Numbered from the stretch's first letter, positions 52,644-63,437 are shown. The stretch: 64,000 bases of DNA from an uncultured Actinomycetota bacterium (GCA_963743915.1 CAVURN010000001.1:512001-576000), one strand, 5' to 3'. The notes: generated by a model from the sequence alone, not told the origin. Made by a program: numbers and translations.

Positions 52644-53492
52644 TCAGGTCAGCAGATCCGTGAGCCATCCGGGACCGACGACGGACGCACGTCCGTGTCC
52701 GACGTCGCCGACGCGTCGACGCAGCTCGCGGTCGCTGGTCACCACGACGATGTCGGTGTCCGCCGCGGCCAGTGCGGAGACAGCCGCGACCACCGCGTCG
52801 TCCCCCGACCCAGGTGCACGCACCGTCGTCACCCCCTTGGGCAGGGACGCCTCGCGGGCCTGACCCTCGACGACGACGTGCAGCGTCGTGACGACGCCGA
52901 CCCGGTCGCCGACGTGGACCGTCGATGTGCGCAGCGGAGCGAGCTCGGCACCCCAGCGCTCTGCCGCGCCGCGCCGGTCCTTCCACCAGCCGTCAGGTCG
53001 TGAGCCCATGACGTTGGCGAGATCCACGACCACCGCGAGTGGGCCGAGCCTGACCCGCGGCCACGTGTGCCCGAAGCCGGGATGGAGCGGCAACGCGTCG
53101 ACCCGCGTGACCGGCACCCACTCGAGGGCGGCCGACTCGTCGTTGGGCACGGTGTCGAGCGCGGTGACGGCGTCGCCGTACACCGTCGTGTAGCTCCAGC
53201 CGCCGTGGTCGTCGACGAAGGTGTGGCGCGTCCTCACCTGTGTCACGTCGAGGGCGGTCTCCTCGGAGGCCTCACGCAGCGCGGCCTGCTCGACCGTCTC
53301 GTGGCTGTCCCGCGCTCCGCCGGGCAACCCCCAGGTTCCGCCGTGGTGGCACCAGTCGGCGCGGTGCTGCAGGAGCAGGCGCAGAACCCCGTCGTCGTCG
53401 ACGGAGTGGACGAGCAGGCCGGCCGCTCCGTGCCGGCCCCAGTGACGGTGGCCCTGGTCGCACTCGACCCAGCCGTTGCCGTCGCGTTCCAC
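52644..53492 (-). CDS. NUDIX hydrolase fused to a NYN/PIN-like domain
   Basis: GGARDSHETVEQAALREASEET; VVDLANV..GDD..VVTSDRELR. Confidence 0.82.
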   Translation of the reverse strand: MERDGNGWVECDQGHRHWGRHGAAGLLVHSVDDDGVLRLLLQHRADWCHHGGTWGLPGGARDSHETVEQAALREASEETALDVTQVRTRHTFVDDHGGWSYTTVYGDAVTALDTVPNDESAALEWVPVTRVDALPLHPGFGHTWPRVRLGPLAVVVDLANVMGSRPDGWWKDRRGAAERWGAELAPLRTSTVHVGDRVGVVTTLHVVVEGQAREASLPKGVTTVRAPGSGDDAVVAAVSALAAADTDIVVVTSDRELRRRVGDVGHGRASVVGPGWLTDLLT

Positions 53493-53546
53493 GCCTCCTG
53501 GCTATCACGCCCATGCTCGGCCCACCACCAAGGGCACCGCTCGGGG

Positions 53547-53967
53547 CTACTGGTGCAGGTCCCACCAGAGGGTGGCCGCGGCTACGGGTGCCTCGAGCTC
53601 CGGCCGACCGGTACGTGGCGATGGCCGGTTCGTCCCCAGCCTCGACCGGCACCCACATCCCGGAGCACCCGCGCTCGCGGGCGAGCTCGGCGAGGGCAGT
53701 GACCAGGGCGCGGCCGATGCCCTGACGGCGATCGGGCTCGTCGACGCCCAGCTCATACAGCAGCATCTCGGTCGGCTTGTCCGGGTGGGCGACCTCGATG
53801 CCCGAGACGAACCCGACGGCTCGCCCCTCGCGTTCGGCGAGCAGCAGGTGGTGTCCCTCCCGGGAGAGGAAGTCGTCGGTTGCCGTGGTCGTGGGGGGAT
53901 GGTCGAAGAGGTGGCCGGCGGCCAGCACGACGGCGGTCTCACCGGTGCCGACGCGGACGATGCGCAC
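53547..53967 (-). CDS. GNAT acetyltransferase, frameshift near 53600
   Basis: LYELGVDEPDRRQGIG. Confidence 0.78.
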
Positions 53968-53995
53968 GCCGGAAGGGTAGCCGGGTCTCGTTCTC

Positions 53996-54037
53996 TAGAC
54001 TACAAAGAACCCTTTGCAAAGGTTCCTTTGTGGTCTA
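53996..54037. promoter_or_regulatory. Long imperfect palindrome, ArsR-type operator
   Basis: TAGACtaCAAAGaaccCTTTGCAAAGgttcCTTTGtgGTCTA; two CAAAG-N4-CTTTG units. Confidence 0.65.
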
Positions 54038-54048
54038 CCCTGGGAGGC

Positions 54049-54633
54049 ATGAGCCGACCCGACCCCACGTCGACGTACGAGGTGGACGACGCCCGCGCGC
54101 TCCGCGCCCTGGCCCACCCCCTGCGCGCACGGCTGCTCGGCGAGCTCCGCCTCCGCGGAACGGCGACCGCCTCCGAGCTCGGCCGCCGGCTGGGCGAGTC
54201 GAGCGGGGCCACGAGCTACCACCTGCGTCAGCTCGAACGCTTCGGCTTCGTGGCCGAGAGTGACGAGCAGCCGTCGCGCCGCGAGCGTGTCTGGCAGGCG
54301 TTGCACGCGTCGACGCGGCTGGACCCGTCGCGATTTACCGGCGAGGGCGTAGGTGAGCTCGACGACTTCACCGCGATGAGGCTGGGTCGTCTCGTCGAGC
54401 TGGCCGAGCGCTGGCCGGGTGAGCGGACGCAATGGTCGCCGGAGTGGGTGTCGGCCAGCGGGCTGAGCGACGCCGTGGCCCGCCTGTCGCCAGAAGCGGC
54501 TCGACAGCTGCACGACGGTCTCGGCGACCTGCTGGAGCGCCTGGAGCAGGAGTCGGCAGGCGCGGAGGACACCGCCTGGGTGACCGTTCACCTCCACTCG
54601 GTCCCTCGCCGCGACGACGAGGCCGCCTCATGA
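54049..54633 (+). CDS. ArsR/HTH_20 regulator
   Basis: LRALAHPLR, ESSGATSYHLRQL. Confidence 0.88.
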   Translation: MSRPDPTSTYEVDDARALRALAHPLRARLLGELRLRGTATASELGRRLGESSGATSYHLRQLERFGFVAESDEQPSRRERVWQALHASTRLDPSRFTGEGVGELDDFTAMRLGRLVELAERWPGERTQWSPEWVSASGLSDAVARLSPEAARQLHDGLGDLLERLEQESAGAEDTAWVTVHLHSVPRRDDEAAS

Positions 54634-55914
54634 CCTCGCTGTCCCGCCGTTTCGTGGCGCTCTCCGGCCTGCGCTGGTTCCCCATCGGGCTGATCGTCCC
54701 GGTGCTGGTGCTGGCGTTCACCGCGCGCGGCCTCGACCTGCCGACCATCGGACGCCTCATGGCGCTCTACGGGGTCGTCACGCTGGCGCTCGAGCTGCCC
54801 ACCGGTGGGCTCTCCGACGTCGTCGGCCGACGCTCGGTGCTCGCCCTCGGCTCGGTGGCCAGCGGGGTGGGCGCAGCCGTCGTCGCTCTCTCGTCCGCGC
54901 CTGCCCGGCTTCGCCCTCGGCGTCGTCGCGATGGCGGTTGGCCGCGCCCTGGGGTCCGGTCCGCTCGAGTCCTGGTACGTCGACACCAGTCGCGCGCTCG
55001 ACCCGGAGACGGACATCGGGCCGGGCATCGCTCACGCACAGGCGGCTGACGGCATCGGCCTCGGCGTCGGGTCACTCATCGGCGGAGCGTTGCCCGCGGC
55101 GGCTGCCACGCTGTGGCCGGCACTTCCGGACGCCGGTGGCGCTGCGCTCATCACGTTCTCGGTGCCGTTGCTGGTCGCCGCCCTGCTGTTCGGGGTCCAC
55201 GCCGTGGCGGTCGTCCTCTTCGTGCACGAGTCCGAGCGTCCGCCTGTCGCCTGGCGACGGCTGACCGGGTCCGTCACCAGCACGGTGATGGAGGGGGCAC
55301 GGCTCGTCAGGCACTCGTCGACGCTCCGCCGGCTGGTCGGCTACTCGGTGGTGCTCGGCGTCACGATGGGGGGCGTCGAGCTCGTCGCACCCGGTGCGTT
55401 CGCCTCGATGCTCGGTGGCGGGGAGAAGGGCAGCGCGGCCTACGGCGTCCTGGTCGGCGTCGGCTTCGGCGTCTCGGCCCTGGGTGCCGTGCTTGCACCG
55501 CGTGTGGCGCGTCGGCTGGGCACGTCGCAGCGGGCAACGCGTCTGGTGGCGCTGCTCGTCGTGCCGGCCGTCCTGTTGATCGGCGTTCCGTGGTTCGGTG
55601 CCGCAGCGTTGGCGTACACCGTCCTGTACCTGCTGCTGGGCGTGAACGGACCGCTGCTCGCCACTCTGCTGCACGACGAGGTGACAGCTGCCGCACGCAA
55701 CACCGTGCTCTCGGTCGACTCGCTGGCGATCCAGGCAGGCGGCATCGCGTCCTCACTGCTCATGGGCTCGCTGGTCGGTGCGACGAGTGCTGCCGCCGGC
55801 TTCGCCGTGATGTCAGTGGTGGCTGCACTCGGCACCCTGATGCTGTGGCAGATGCACCAGTCACGTGCCGTGCCGGCCGTCGCCTCCGAGGAGGCGCCCG
55901 GCATCCCTGACTAG
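54630..55914 (+). CDS. MFS transporter, frameshift near 54895
   Basis: ELPTGGLSDVVGRR, GRALGSGPLESW; ATGA overlap. Confidence 0.82.
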
Positions 55915-55924
55915 CCTTCGCTCC

Positions 55925-56720
55925 ATGACGTCGATCGCCCTACGCACCGTGCAGGGCTTGCGGTACGTCCTCGCCTTGCGCGAGGGCGGCTCGCTGCCGG
56001 GTCTGGTCGAGGCCAACGACCTCGGCACCTACGTGGTGAAGTTCCGCGGTGCCGGACAGGGTCTGCGCACCCTGGTCGCGGAGGCCGTGGTCGGAGAGCT
56101 CGCGCGTGGCCTCGGGCTTCCGGTGCCGGAGCTCGTCGTCGTCGCCATGGACGCACACATGGCCAGCGCCGAGCCGGACGAGGAGGTGCAGGACCTGCTG
56201 CGCTCCAGCGGCGGGACGAACCTCGGGATCGACTACCTCCCCGGAGCGCTCGGCCTCGAGCTGTCGGCGGACGCCGGCTCTGTCGTCGACGCTGACCTGG
56301 CCGCCGACATCGTGTGGCTCGACGCCTGGACGATGAACGTCGACCGGACGTGGCGCAACCCCAACATGCTGGTCTGGCACGGGACGCCGTGGCTGATCGA
56401 CCACGGAGCGGCGCTCTACTTCCACCACGACTGGGCGACGTCTTCGGCGACACTCGCCAAGCCGACCCCACTGATGTCCGAGCACGTGCTGCTGCCGATC
56501 GCGGGCGACCTGCATGCAGGCCCACGCGCGACTTGCTGCCCTCGTCACCGACGACGTCCTCGACCACGCGGTCTCGGCGCCGCCGGACGAGTGGCTGGCC
56601 GACGCGTCGCCGGACGTCGACGAGGCACGACTTCGGTACCGTCACGCACTGCAGCAGCGCCTGGCGTCCCCGGATGTCTGGCTCGAGCCCGTGGAGGTGG
56701 CACGTGCCGCACGTCTATGA
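55925..56720 (+). CDS. HipA-like kinase (HipA_2 type), frameshift near 56519
   Basis: REGGSLP, VVKFRGAGQG, NVDRTWRNPNML, LIDHG. Confidence 0.85.
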
Positions 56721-57090
56721 GTGGTCGGTGCTGCGCGCTGTTCCCCGCGTGGAACGCTGCGAGTTCGTCAACGTCGGCGTGCTCGTCTACTGCCAGATGC
56801 TCGACGCCCTGCTCTGTCAGGTGGCCGAGGACCTGTCACGGGTTCATGCGCTCGACCCGGAGGCCGATGTCGATGCCATTCGACGACACCTCGAGGGCAT
56901 CGACCGGGTGTGCCGCGGTGACGCAGCCGGCGGGGAAGCGGCGCTGCGTCCGCTCGGCGAACGCTTCCGCTGGCTCATCGCACCACGCAGCACCGTCGTT
57001 CAGACGTCACCGGTGCACACCGGCATGACCGACGACCCAGTCGCAGAGCTCGCCGACCTGGTGGCCCGGATGGTGGACCCGCCGCGCTAG
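56704..57090 (+). CDS. DUF3037 protein
   Basis: LRAVPRVERCEFVNVGV, ERFRWLIAPRST..SPVHTG. Confidence 0.85.
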   Translation: MPHVYEWSVLRAVPRVERCEFVNVGVLVYCQMLDALLCQVAEDLSRVHALDPEADVDAIRRHLEGIDRVCRGDAAGGEAALRPLGERFRWLIAPRSTVVQTSPVHTGMTDDPVAELADLVARMVDPPR

Positions 57091-57110
57091 TTCTCCAGTG
57101 TCCCTGGCGT

Positions 57111-58319
57111 TCAGGGCCCGCGAGGTCGGCTCACCAACCGTTGGTTGCGCGGACCCTGGAAGGTGACTGGTCCGTCGGCACCTTCGGGACCCACGTGGAT
57201 CGTCCAGCCGCCCTCGTGGACCAGGCGGTGATGGAAGCGGCAGAGCAACAGTCCGTTGACCACGTCAGTGCTGCCGCCGTCGAGCCACGACAGGACGTGG
57301 TGGGCGTCGGTGAAGGAGGGAGGTCGGTCGCAGCCGGGGAAGCGACAGCCGGCGTCGCGGACGGCGAGGAAACGGCGCTGTGCAGGGGAGAAGAGACGGC
57401 TGGTCCGACCGAGCTCGACCGGGATCCCGTCCGGTGACAGCAGGACTCGCGTCACCCCGGCGTCGCAGGCGACGCGTCCGACGGAGACAGGATGCAGGAG
57501 CGCATCCGGACCAGGAACCTGCGGCAGGACACCCGCCGCACCAGGCTGCGCCGCCCATGTCACCTGCAGGTGTGGGCGCTCGGCGGCGATCTCGGGAAGG
57601 AGGCGGTGGTCGCAGGCCGCCCGGACGATCTCGACCAGCCCGTCGGCCCGACGCTGTGCCGCACCGCGAAGGTCCTCCGGCCCGTGGGGGACGAGGAAGG
57701 GCTCGAGTGCGGCGCTGAGCAGCGACGCCGACTCCGGGTCGAGGAGTCCCTCGACGGCGGTCATGCCGTCGAGCAGCGGGGAGAGGCTGAGATGCCGTCG
57801 CTCGTACTGCTGTTCGGCCTCGCGGAAGGTTCCGTCAGGATCGGTGACGAACCGCAGATGGCGCCCTGCGGTGCGGACGGCTGTGACGTCGCTCTGCGTG
57901 GCGAGACCCGTGAGCACCGCGGCCGTCGCGGGCTGGGCTCACTGCTTGCCGAGTGCGGAGCTGGGTGCGTTCCGGGAGCGTCGAGTGCGGAGCACTCGAC
58001 TACGGGAGGCAGCACCCAGCTCCGCACTCGGCGGGCTTTGTGACCCACTCGAAAGAAGTTCGCCGGGGGCGACCCCGAGGGCTCCCCGCAGCCAGCTCTG
58101 GGTGCTGGCGGCGCCGTGCAGGATCTCGCCATCACCGGCAGCGTCGAACGACGCGACGGCACCGAGCATCACCGCGTCGACCGCGTCGCGCAGCTGCTGA
58201 AGTCCTGCGACCCACGCCGCCCGGTCGTCGGGGGTGGTGCCCAGGGGTTGGCCCATCCACGCGCGTACGTCGCCGAGAACCGCCATAAGCGGTTCGGGAA
58301 GTACGGGGGGTTGGAACAC
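57111..58319 (-). pseudogene. DUF222/HNH (13E12-type) endonuclease gene, interrupted and probably internally deleted
   Basis: N-fragment (STQSWLR) stops at 57939; C-fragment has QRRADGL, RVACD, RDAGCRFPGC, HHVLSW..GG.T..NG..LCRFHH. Confidence 0.78.
57948..58032. repeat. Nested inverted-repeat (REP/MITE-like) element
   Basis: 21-bp perfect arms GCCGAGTGCGGAGCTGGGTGC; inner hairpin GTCGAGTGC-GGA-GCACTCGAC. Confidence 0.72.
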
Positions 58320-58397
58320 GGCTGGCGACCCTTCGACGAGAGACGGTGGATTCGCCGTGGGTCGATGGGTCTGTCGCTACGTGTCCGTCACGCTGAT

Positions 58398-58413
58398 TCG
58401 AACGTATGTTCGA
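58398..58413. promoter_or_regulatory. LexA (SOS) box
   Basis: TCGAAC-GTAT-GTTCGA, a perfect actinobacterial consensus, upstream of DUF222/HNH. Confidence 0.85.
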
Positions 58414-58530
58414 GTGTACGGGTGATGAAGCGCCGGGTCAACCGCTGGGGCCAACAAGTTCTTGAAATCGGTGCCGCGGACGGCGGTGTCTGGGGCTGCC
58501 AGCGCTTCGCCGATCGACGGCGCGCCGGGG

Positions 58531-59076
58531 TCAGGGTCCCCATAACTCCGCCGGCCGCAGCGGCGGGGCCCACTGCACGCGCACGCCGTCGAGTCTGCCG
58601 CGGGTGATGTCCGGGATCGGTGTGAGCCACAACGACTGCCACGCCCAGTGGTGCTCGGCGGCGAGGGCCACTGGGGGCCACGGGCCGTGCGGCATCCGTG
58701 CGACAAAACCGAATCGACCGTAGTAGCGCGGATCACCGAGCACGCAGACGCAGTCGGTCTCGCGGTCGCGAGCGGCCTCGAGCGCGAACCGGGTGACGGC
58801 ACCACCGAATCCGCGGTTCTGATGGGCCGGCAGCACCGCCAACGGGGCCAAGATGCTGAACCGCACGTCGGGCACCCCTGGGGCATGCCCGCTGGTCAGC
58901 AGCACGTGCGCCACGACGCCGGCGTCGGTCTCCGCGACCACCGACTGACGAAGGGAGGCGTCGGCGGAGGCCAGCAGTTCGGACACGAGTCGCGGTTCGA
59001 CGTCGGAGTCGAACGCCGCCCGGTGCACCTCGAGAATGGCGCCGAGGTCGGCGGAGAGGGCGTGACGAACGATCAC
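58531..59076 (-). CDS. GNAT acetyltransferase (YhbS-like)
   Basis: LAPLAVLPAHQNRGFG, VLGDPRYYGRFGF. Confidence 0.85.
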   Translation of the reverse strand: MIVRHALSADLGAILEVHRAAFDSDVEPRLVSELLASADASLRQSVVAETDAGVVAHVLLTSGHAPGVPDVRFSILAPLAVLPAHQNRGFGGAVTRFALEAARDRETDCVCVLGDPRYYGRFGFVARMPHGPWPPVALAAEHHWAWQSLWLTPIPDITRGRLDGVRVQWAPPLRPAELWGP

Positions 59077-59079
59077 GTG

Positions 59080-59673
59080 TCAGACCAGCAGCTCGCGCTC
59101 CACGACGCCGCGCAGCGCCGCCCGGAGCCGCCAGCGGTTCTCCAGCGAGGGCTGCAGCAGCACCTGGATGCCGAGCCCGTCGAACAGCCCCGCGAAACGG
59201 AGGGCGAAGTCGGCGGCGTCCACCTCGTCGCGGAACTCGCCCGCGCGCTGACCGTTGCGCACGATGGTCTCGATCATGCCGACCCAGCGCGTGTAGATCT
59301 CGTGGTTCCGCTCGCGCAGCTCGTCGCGGCGTCGCGCCTCGTTCCAGAACTCCAGCCAGATGCACCACTCGTCGGCGACGTCGGCGTCCGGGATCTGCAG
59401 GTCGATCAGCCGCAGCAGCTGCTCACGCGGGTCGGAGAGGGTGATGAGCTCGGCGCGGTGGCGGGCGTGCGAGCGCTCGGACGCGTGCTGGAGCGCGGCG
59501 TCGAGGACGTCGACCTTGGTGGGGAAGTAGTAGTGGACGGTGCCGGTGCTGGTGCCGGCCAGTGCGGCGATGTCCGAGACCCGGGCCGCCGCGTAGCCGC
59601 GCTCGACGACCACCGAGACGGCGGCATCCAGGATCGACCGTCGCTTGTCGTCCTCGACGGGGGCCACACTCAT
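59080..59673 (-). CDS. TetR regulator (BetI-like C-terminus)
   Basis: VSDIAALAGTSTGTVHYYFPTK, FDGLGIQ. Confidence 0.9.
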   Translation of the reverse strand: MSVAPVEDDKRRSILDAAVSVVVERGYAAARVSDIAALAGTSTGTVHYYFPTKVDVLDAALQHASERSHARHRAELITLSDPREQLLRLIDLQIPDADVADEWCIWLEFWNEARRRDELRERNHEIYTRWVGMIETIVRNGQRAGEFRDEVDAADFALRFAGLFDGLGIQVLLQPSLENRWRLRAALRGVVERELLV

Positions 59674-59685
59674 GCCGGCATCCTA

Positions 59686-59699
59686 ACTGATGCGTCAGT
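59686..59699. promoter_or_regulatory. Candidate TetR operator
   Basis: ACTGA-TGCG-TCAGT; related TGAC-N6-GTCA at 59761-59774. Confidence 0.45.
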
Positions 59700-59812
59700 C
59701 GAGCGCCATGGGCTACCGCAAAGCACCGTTCTACGTGCTGAAATGGATGAGCAACCTGTTTGACTCGCGCGTCAGATGGAGGGCATCATGGCGCGAGACC
59801 CCTGGAGGACCG

Positions 59813-61003
59813 ATGCTGCGTGACCTGCCGACCGAGCTGGTGCCGCTCACCGACGAGCAGCAGGCGATCGTCGAGCTCACCCGCGCCTTCGCCGAGCGTG
59901 AGATCCGGCCGATCGCGCGCGAGGTCGACGAGGCCGACACCGAGACGCCCTGGGGCATCTGGCGCAAGGCGGCCGAGGTCGGCATCACCGGTTTCATGCT
60001 GCCCGAGGAGTACGGGGGCGGCGGCTTCACCGACGTCTTCAGCCAGTGCCTGGTGCAGGAGGAGCTCTGCGCCGGTGACCCCGGTATCGGCAACCTCGTG
60101 GCGTCCAACGGGTTCTTCTCGCACCCGGTGATGGAGCTCGGCACCGACGAGCAGAAGCAGCGGTGGCTGACACCCCTCGCAGGCACCGACACCCCCATGA
60201 CCTCGCTGGCGGTCACCGAGCCCGACGTCGGCTCCGACTCTGCGGCGATGACGACGCGGGCGGTGAAGGTCGACGGCGGGTACCGGATCACCGGGCAGAA
60301 GACGTGGATCAGCAACGGCGGCGCGGCCGAGTTCTACGTGGTGTTCGCCAAGACCGACCCTGACCAGCGTGCCAAGGGTGTCACCGCCTTCATGCTGAAG
60401 AAGGGCGCAGAGGGTCTGTCGTTCGGCCAGCCCATGAAGAAGATGGGTCAGCGGGCGCTGGTGAACACCGAGGTGTTCCTCGACGACGTCTTCGTTCCCG
60501 ACGAGGACCGGCTCGGTGACGAGGGCCAGGGCTTCTACGGGCTCATGCACACGTTCGACGCCTCACGCGCCATCCTCGGCGCCGCTGCGGTGGGCGCTGC
60601 GCGTGCAGCCACCGAGTACGCGCTCGACTACGCCAAGGAGCGCAAGCAGTTCGGCAAGCCGATCATCGAGCACCAGGCGGTCGCCTTCCGGCTCGCCGAC
60701 ATGGCCACGCGCGTCGAGCAGGCCCGGCTGATCGTCTGGCGCGCTGCCAAGCGGCTGGACGCCGGGCTGGACGCCGCCGCGCTCTGTGCGCAGGCCAAGC
60801 TCGCGGCGTCCGAGACCGCGATGTTCTGCACCTGGGCCGCGGTGCAGACTCTGGGCGGCTGGGGCTACTCGCGCGAGTTCCTGGTCGAGAAGTGGATGCG
60901 GGACGCCAAGCTCGAGGAGATCGAGGAAGGCACCTCCGACATCCAGCGCCTCATCATCTCCCGTCGCCTGGCCGCGACCCCCACGATCGGAGCCCTCGCA
61001 TGA
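59813..61003 (+). CDS. Acyl-CoA dehydrogenase
   Basis: VTEPDVGSD, KTWISNG, RKQFGKPI, GGWGY, EEGTSDIQ. Confidence 0.93.
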   Translation: MLRDLPTELVPLTDEQQAIVELTRAFAEREIRPIAREVDEADTETPWGIWRKAAEVGITGFMLPEEYGGGGFTDVFSQCLVQEELCAGDPGIGNLVASNGFFSHPVMELGTDEQKQRWLTPLAGTDTPMTSLAVTEPDVGSDSAAMTTRAVKVDGGYRITGQKTWISNGGAAEFYVVFAKTDPDQRAKGVTAFMLKKGAEGLSFGQPMKKMGQRALVNTEVFLDDVFVPDEDRLGDEGQGFYGLMHTFDASRAILGAAAVGAARAATEYALDYAKERKQFGKPIIEHQAVAFRLADMATRVEQARLIVWRAAKRLDAGLDAAALCAQAKLAASETAMFCTWAAVQTLGGWGYSREFLVEKWMRDAKLEEIEEGTSDIQRLIISRRLAATPTIGALA

Positions 61004-61809
61004 GCAGCACGAGCACCGTCGACCCGCAGCAGTTCGCCGGTCAGGTCGCCGTGGTCACCGGTGGTGGCAGCGGCATCGGCCTCGGGATCGCCCACCGGCT
61101 CGCGGCAGGTGGTGCGAGCCTGGCGCTCATCGGTCGCGACCCCGACAAGCTCGCGAACGCGGCCGCGCAGCTGCCGGGACGGGTCACGACACGCTCGCTC
61201 GACGTCCGCGACCACGACGCGGTCGACGAGGCCTTCACCTCGATCACCGACGAGCTGGGCGGTCTGCACCTGCTGGTGAACAACGCGGCCGGCAACTTCG
61301 TCGTCCCCGCCGAGGACATGAGCCCACGGGGGTTCAAGGCGGTCGTCGACATCGTGCTCAACGGCACCTTCTTCTGCTCACACGCCTTCGCGAACCGCGT
61401 CAAGGACCAGCCGCACGGCGGCGCGATCCTCAACGTCATCGCCACCTACGCGTGGACCGGACACCCCGGCGTGGTGCACAGCGCGGCGGCCAAGGCCGGC
61501 GTCCAGGCGATGACGCGCACGCTCGCCGTCGAGTGGGCCCGCTACAGCATCCGGGTCAACTGCATCGCGCCGGGGCCGACCGAGACCGAGGGCGCCGGAG
61601 CCGCGCTGTGGCCGACCGAGGAGGACCGACGGAGTCTCACGGCGTCGGTACCCCTCAAGCGCTTCACGACGCCCGAGGAGGTCGCCGTCTCCGCGGCCTT
61701 CCTGCTCTCCGACGACGCCGCGTACATCACCGGTGACACCCTCGTGGTGGACGGCGGACAGTGGCTGGGCAAGCAGGTGTACGGCTTCTCGGCGGCCCGG
61801 TCGTGGTGA
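61000..61809 (+). CDS. SDR, 2,4-dienoyl-CoA reductase-like
   Basis: TGGGSGIG, NNAAGNF, HSAAAKAG, IAPGP. Confidence 0.88.
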   Translation: MSSTSTVDPQQFAGQVAVVTGGGSGIGLGIAHRLAAGGASLALIGRDPDKLANAAAQLPGRVTTRSLDVRDHDAVDEAFTSITDELGGLHLLVNNAAGNFVVPAEDMSPRGFKAVVDIVLNGTFFCSHAFANRVKDQPHGGAILNVIATYAWTGHPGVVHSAAAKAGVQAMTRTLAVEWARYSIRVNCIAPGPTETEGAGAALWPTEEDRRSLTASVPLKRFTTPEEVAVSAAFLLSDDAAYITGDTLVVDGGQWLGKQVYGFSAARSW

Positions 61810-63437
61810 CGAGCCTCTCCGGGGTCACCGGGGGAGAGGTCGTCGTCGCGGCACTGGCGCTGCACGACGTCGGTGTGGTGTTCGGCATCCCGGGGACGCA
61901 CAACCTCTCCGTCTTCGACGCCCTCACCCGCTACGGCGTCCGCACGGTGGCGACCACGCACGAGCAGGGTGCGGGCTACGCGGCTGACGGATACGCGCGC
62001 ACGAGTGGACGTCCCGGCGTCGCTGTCGTGACCAGCGGTCCGGCCGTCTACAACGCCGCGACCGCCGTGGCGCAGGCGTACTCCGACTCGATCCCGGTGC
62101 TGCTCGTCAGCCCAGGCATGCCACGCGACCTGCCGGTGGGTGGTCCGGGCAGCGGCTACCTGCACGAGGCCAAAGACCAGCCAGGCGCGATGGAGCGCAT
62201 CGCGGCGCGCGTGCTGCGCCCCACCACGCACCAGGAGATCGCCGATGCGGTGACCGACGCGTTCACGACCTTCGCAACCGGACGCCCGCGCCCGCTGCAC
62301 CTCGAGGTGCCGCTCGACCTGCTCGACGAGGTCGGCGACGCGGAGCTGCGACGGGCGGCCGTCCCTGAGCGGGCGCGCGCCGACGAGGCTCAGGTCACCG
62401 CGGCTGCCCGATTGCTGGCGGAGGCGCGACGACCGATGGTGGTCGCCGGCGGCGGAGCGCGCGGGGCGTCCGAGCCGCTGACCCGCGTGGTCGAGCGTCT
62501 GAACGCACCGGTCGCGACCACCATCAACGGCAAGGGGGTGCTCGAAGAAGGCCATCCGCTCGCCCTCGGGGCGCGCCTGGGGACCACGGCCGTTGTCGCT
62601 GCCGCCGACGCCGCCGACGTGCTGCTCGTGGTCGGGGCCGAGCTCGGCAACTCGGACATGTGGCAGGGCATGCTGCGTCCGGCCGGTCACGTGGTGCGCG
62701 TCGACGTCGACCCGGACATGGCGGCGGTGAACCTGCAGGCCGACACCATGCTGGTGGGCGACGCAGCGGTGGTCCTGGGACAGCTCGCCGACGTGCTGGA
62801 CGCTGATCGCGATGCTTCACCCGGTGCGACGACGCCCGCCTGGGTGTCCGAGCTGCGCCGCGAGGCGTCCACCGAGGCACGCCAGGCAGGGGCGAGATGG
62901 ATGCCCTGGGTCGCGGCGATCGACGCAGGACGCGCACCGGACGCGGTGGTCGCCACCGACAACGCGATGTGCGTCTACTTCGGCGCGATCGGCAACCTCC
63001 CGATGGCCCGGCCGTCGAGCTTCCACTTCCCCACGGGTTTCGGCACGCTGGGCTTCACCGTCCCCGTCGCCATCGGCGCCGCGTTGGCGGCGCCGGACCG
63101 CCCGGTGATCGGCATCAGCGGGGACGGCGGACTGCTCTTCACCGCGACCGAGCTCGCCACGGCGGCCGCTGAGCATCTCCCCGTGGCGATCGTCGTGTTC
63201 GACAACAGCGGCTACGGAGAGATCCGCGCCGAGATGCTCGAACGCGCCGAGAAGCCGCTCGCGGTGGACGCCCCGCCGCGCGACCTCGTGCTGCTCGCGG
63301 AGGCTCTCGGTGCGCACGGCGTCCGGGTCGAGACGCCCGAGCAGCTGGTCGCCGAGCTCGGCGCCGCGCCCTCGCGACACGGTCCCACCGTGATCGTCGT
63401 CCCCGAGCCCGCTCCACCGGAAGGATCTCCCCGTTGA
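61806..63437 (+). CDS. ThDP-dependent 2-oxoacid decarboxylase (AruI-like)
   Basis: FGIPGTHNL, HEQGAGYAADGYAR, GFGTLG, GDGG..N. Confidence 0.85.
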   Translation: MTSLSGVTGGEVVVAALALHDVGVVFGIPGTHNLSVFDALTRYGVRTVATTHEQGAGYAADGYARTSGRPGVAVVTSGPAVYNAATAVAQAYSDSIPVLLVSPGMPRDLPVGGPGSGYLHEAKDQPGAMERIAARVLRPTTHQEIADAVTDAFTTFATGRPRPLHLEVPLDLLDEVGDAELRRAAVPERARADEAQVTAAARLLAEARRPMVVAGGGARGASEPLTRVVERLNAPVATTINGKGVLEEGHPLALGARLGTTAVVAAADAADVLLVVGAELGNSDMWQGMLRPAGHVVRVDVDPDMAAVNLQADTMLVGDAAVVLGQLADVLDADRDASPGATTPAWVSELRREASTEARQAGARWMPWVAAIDAGRAPDAVVATDNAMCVYFGAIGNLPMARPSSFHFPTGFGTLGFTVPVAIGAALAAPDRPVIGISGDGGLLFTATELATAAAEHLPVAIVVFDNSGYGEIRAEMLERAEKPLAVDAPPRDLVLLAEALGAHGVRVETPEQLVAELGAAPSRHGPTVIVVPEPAPPEGSPR

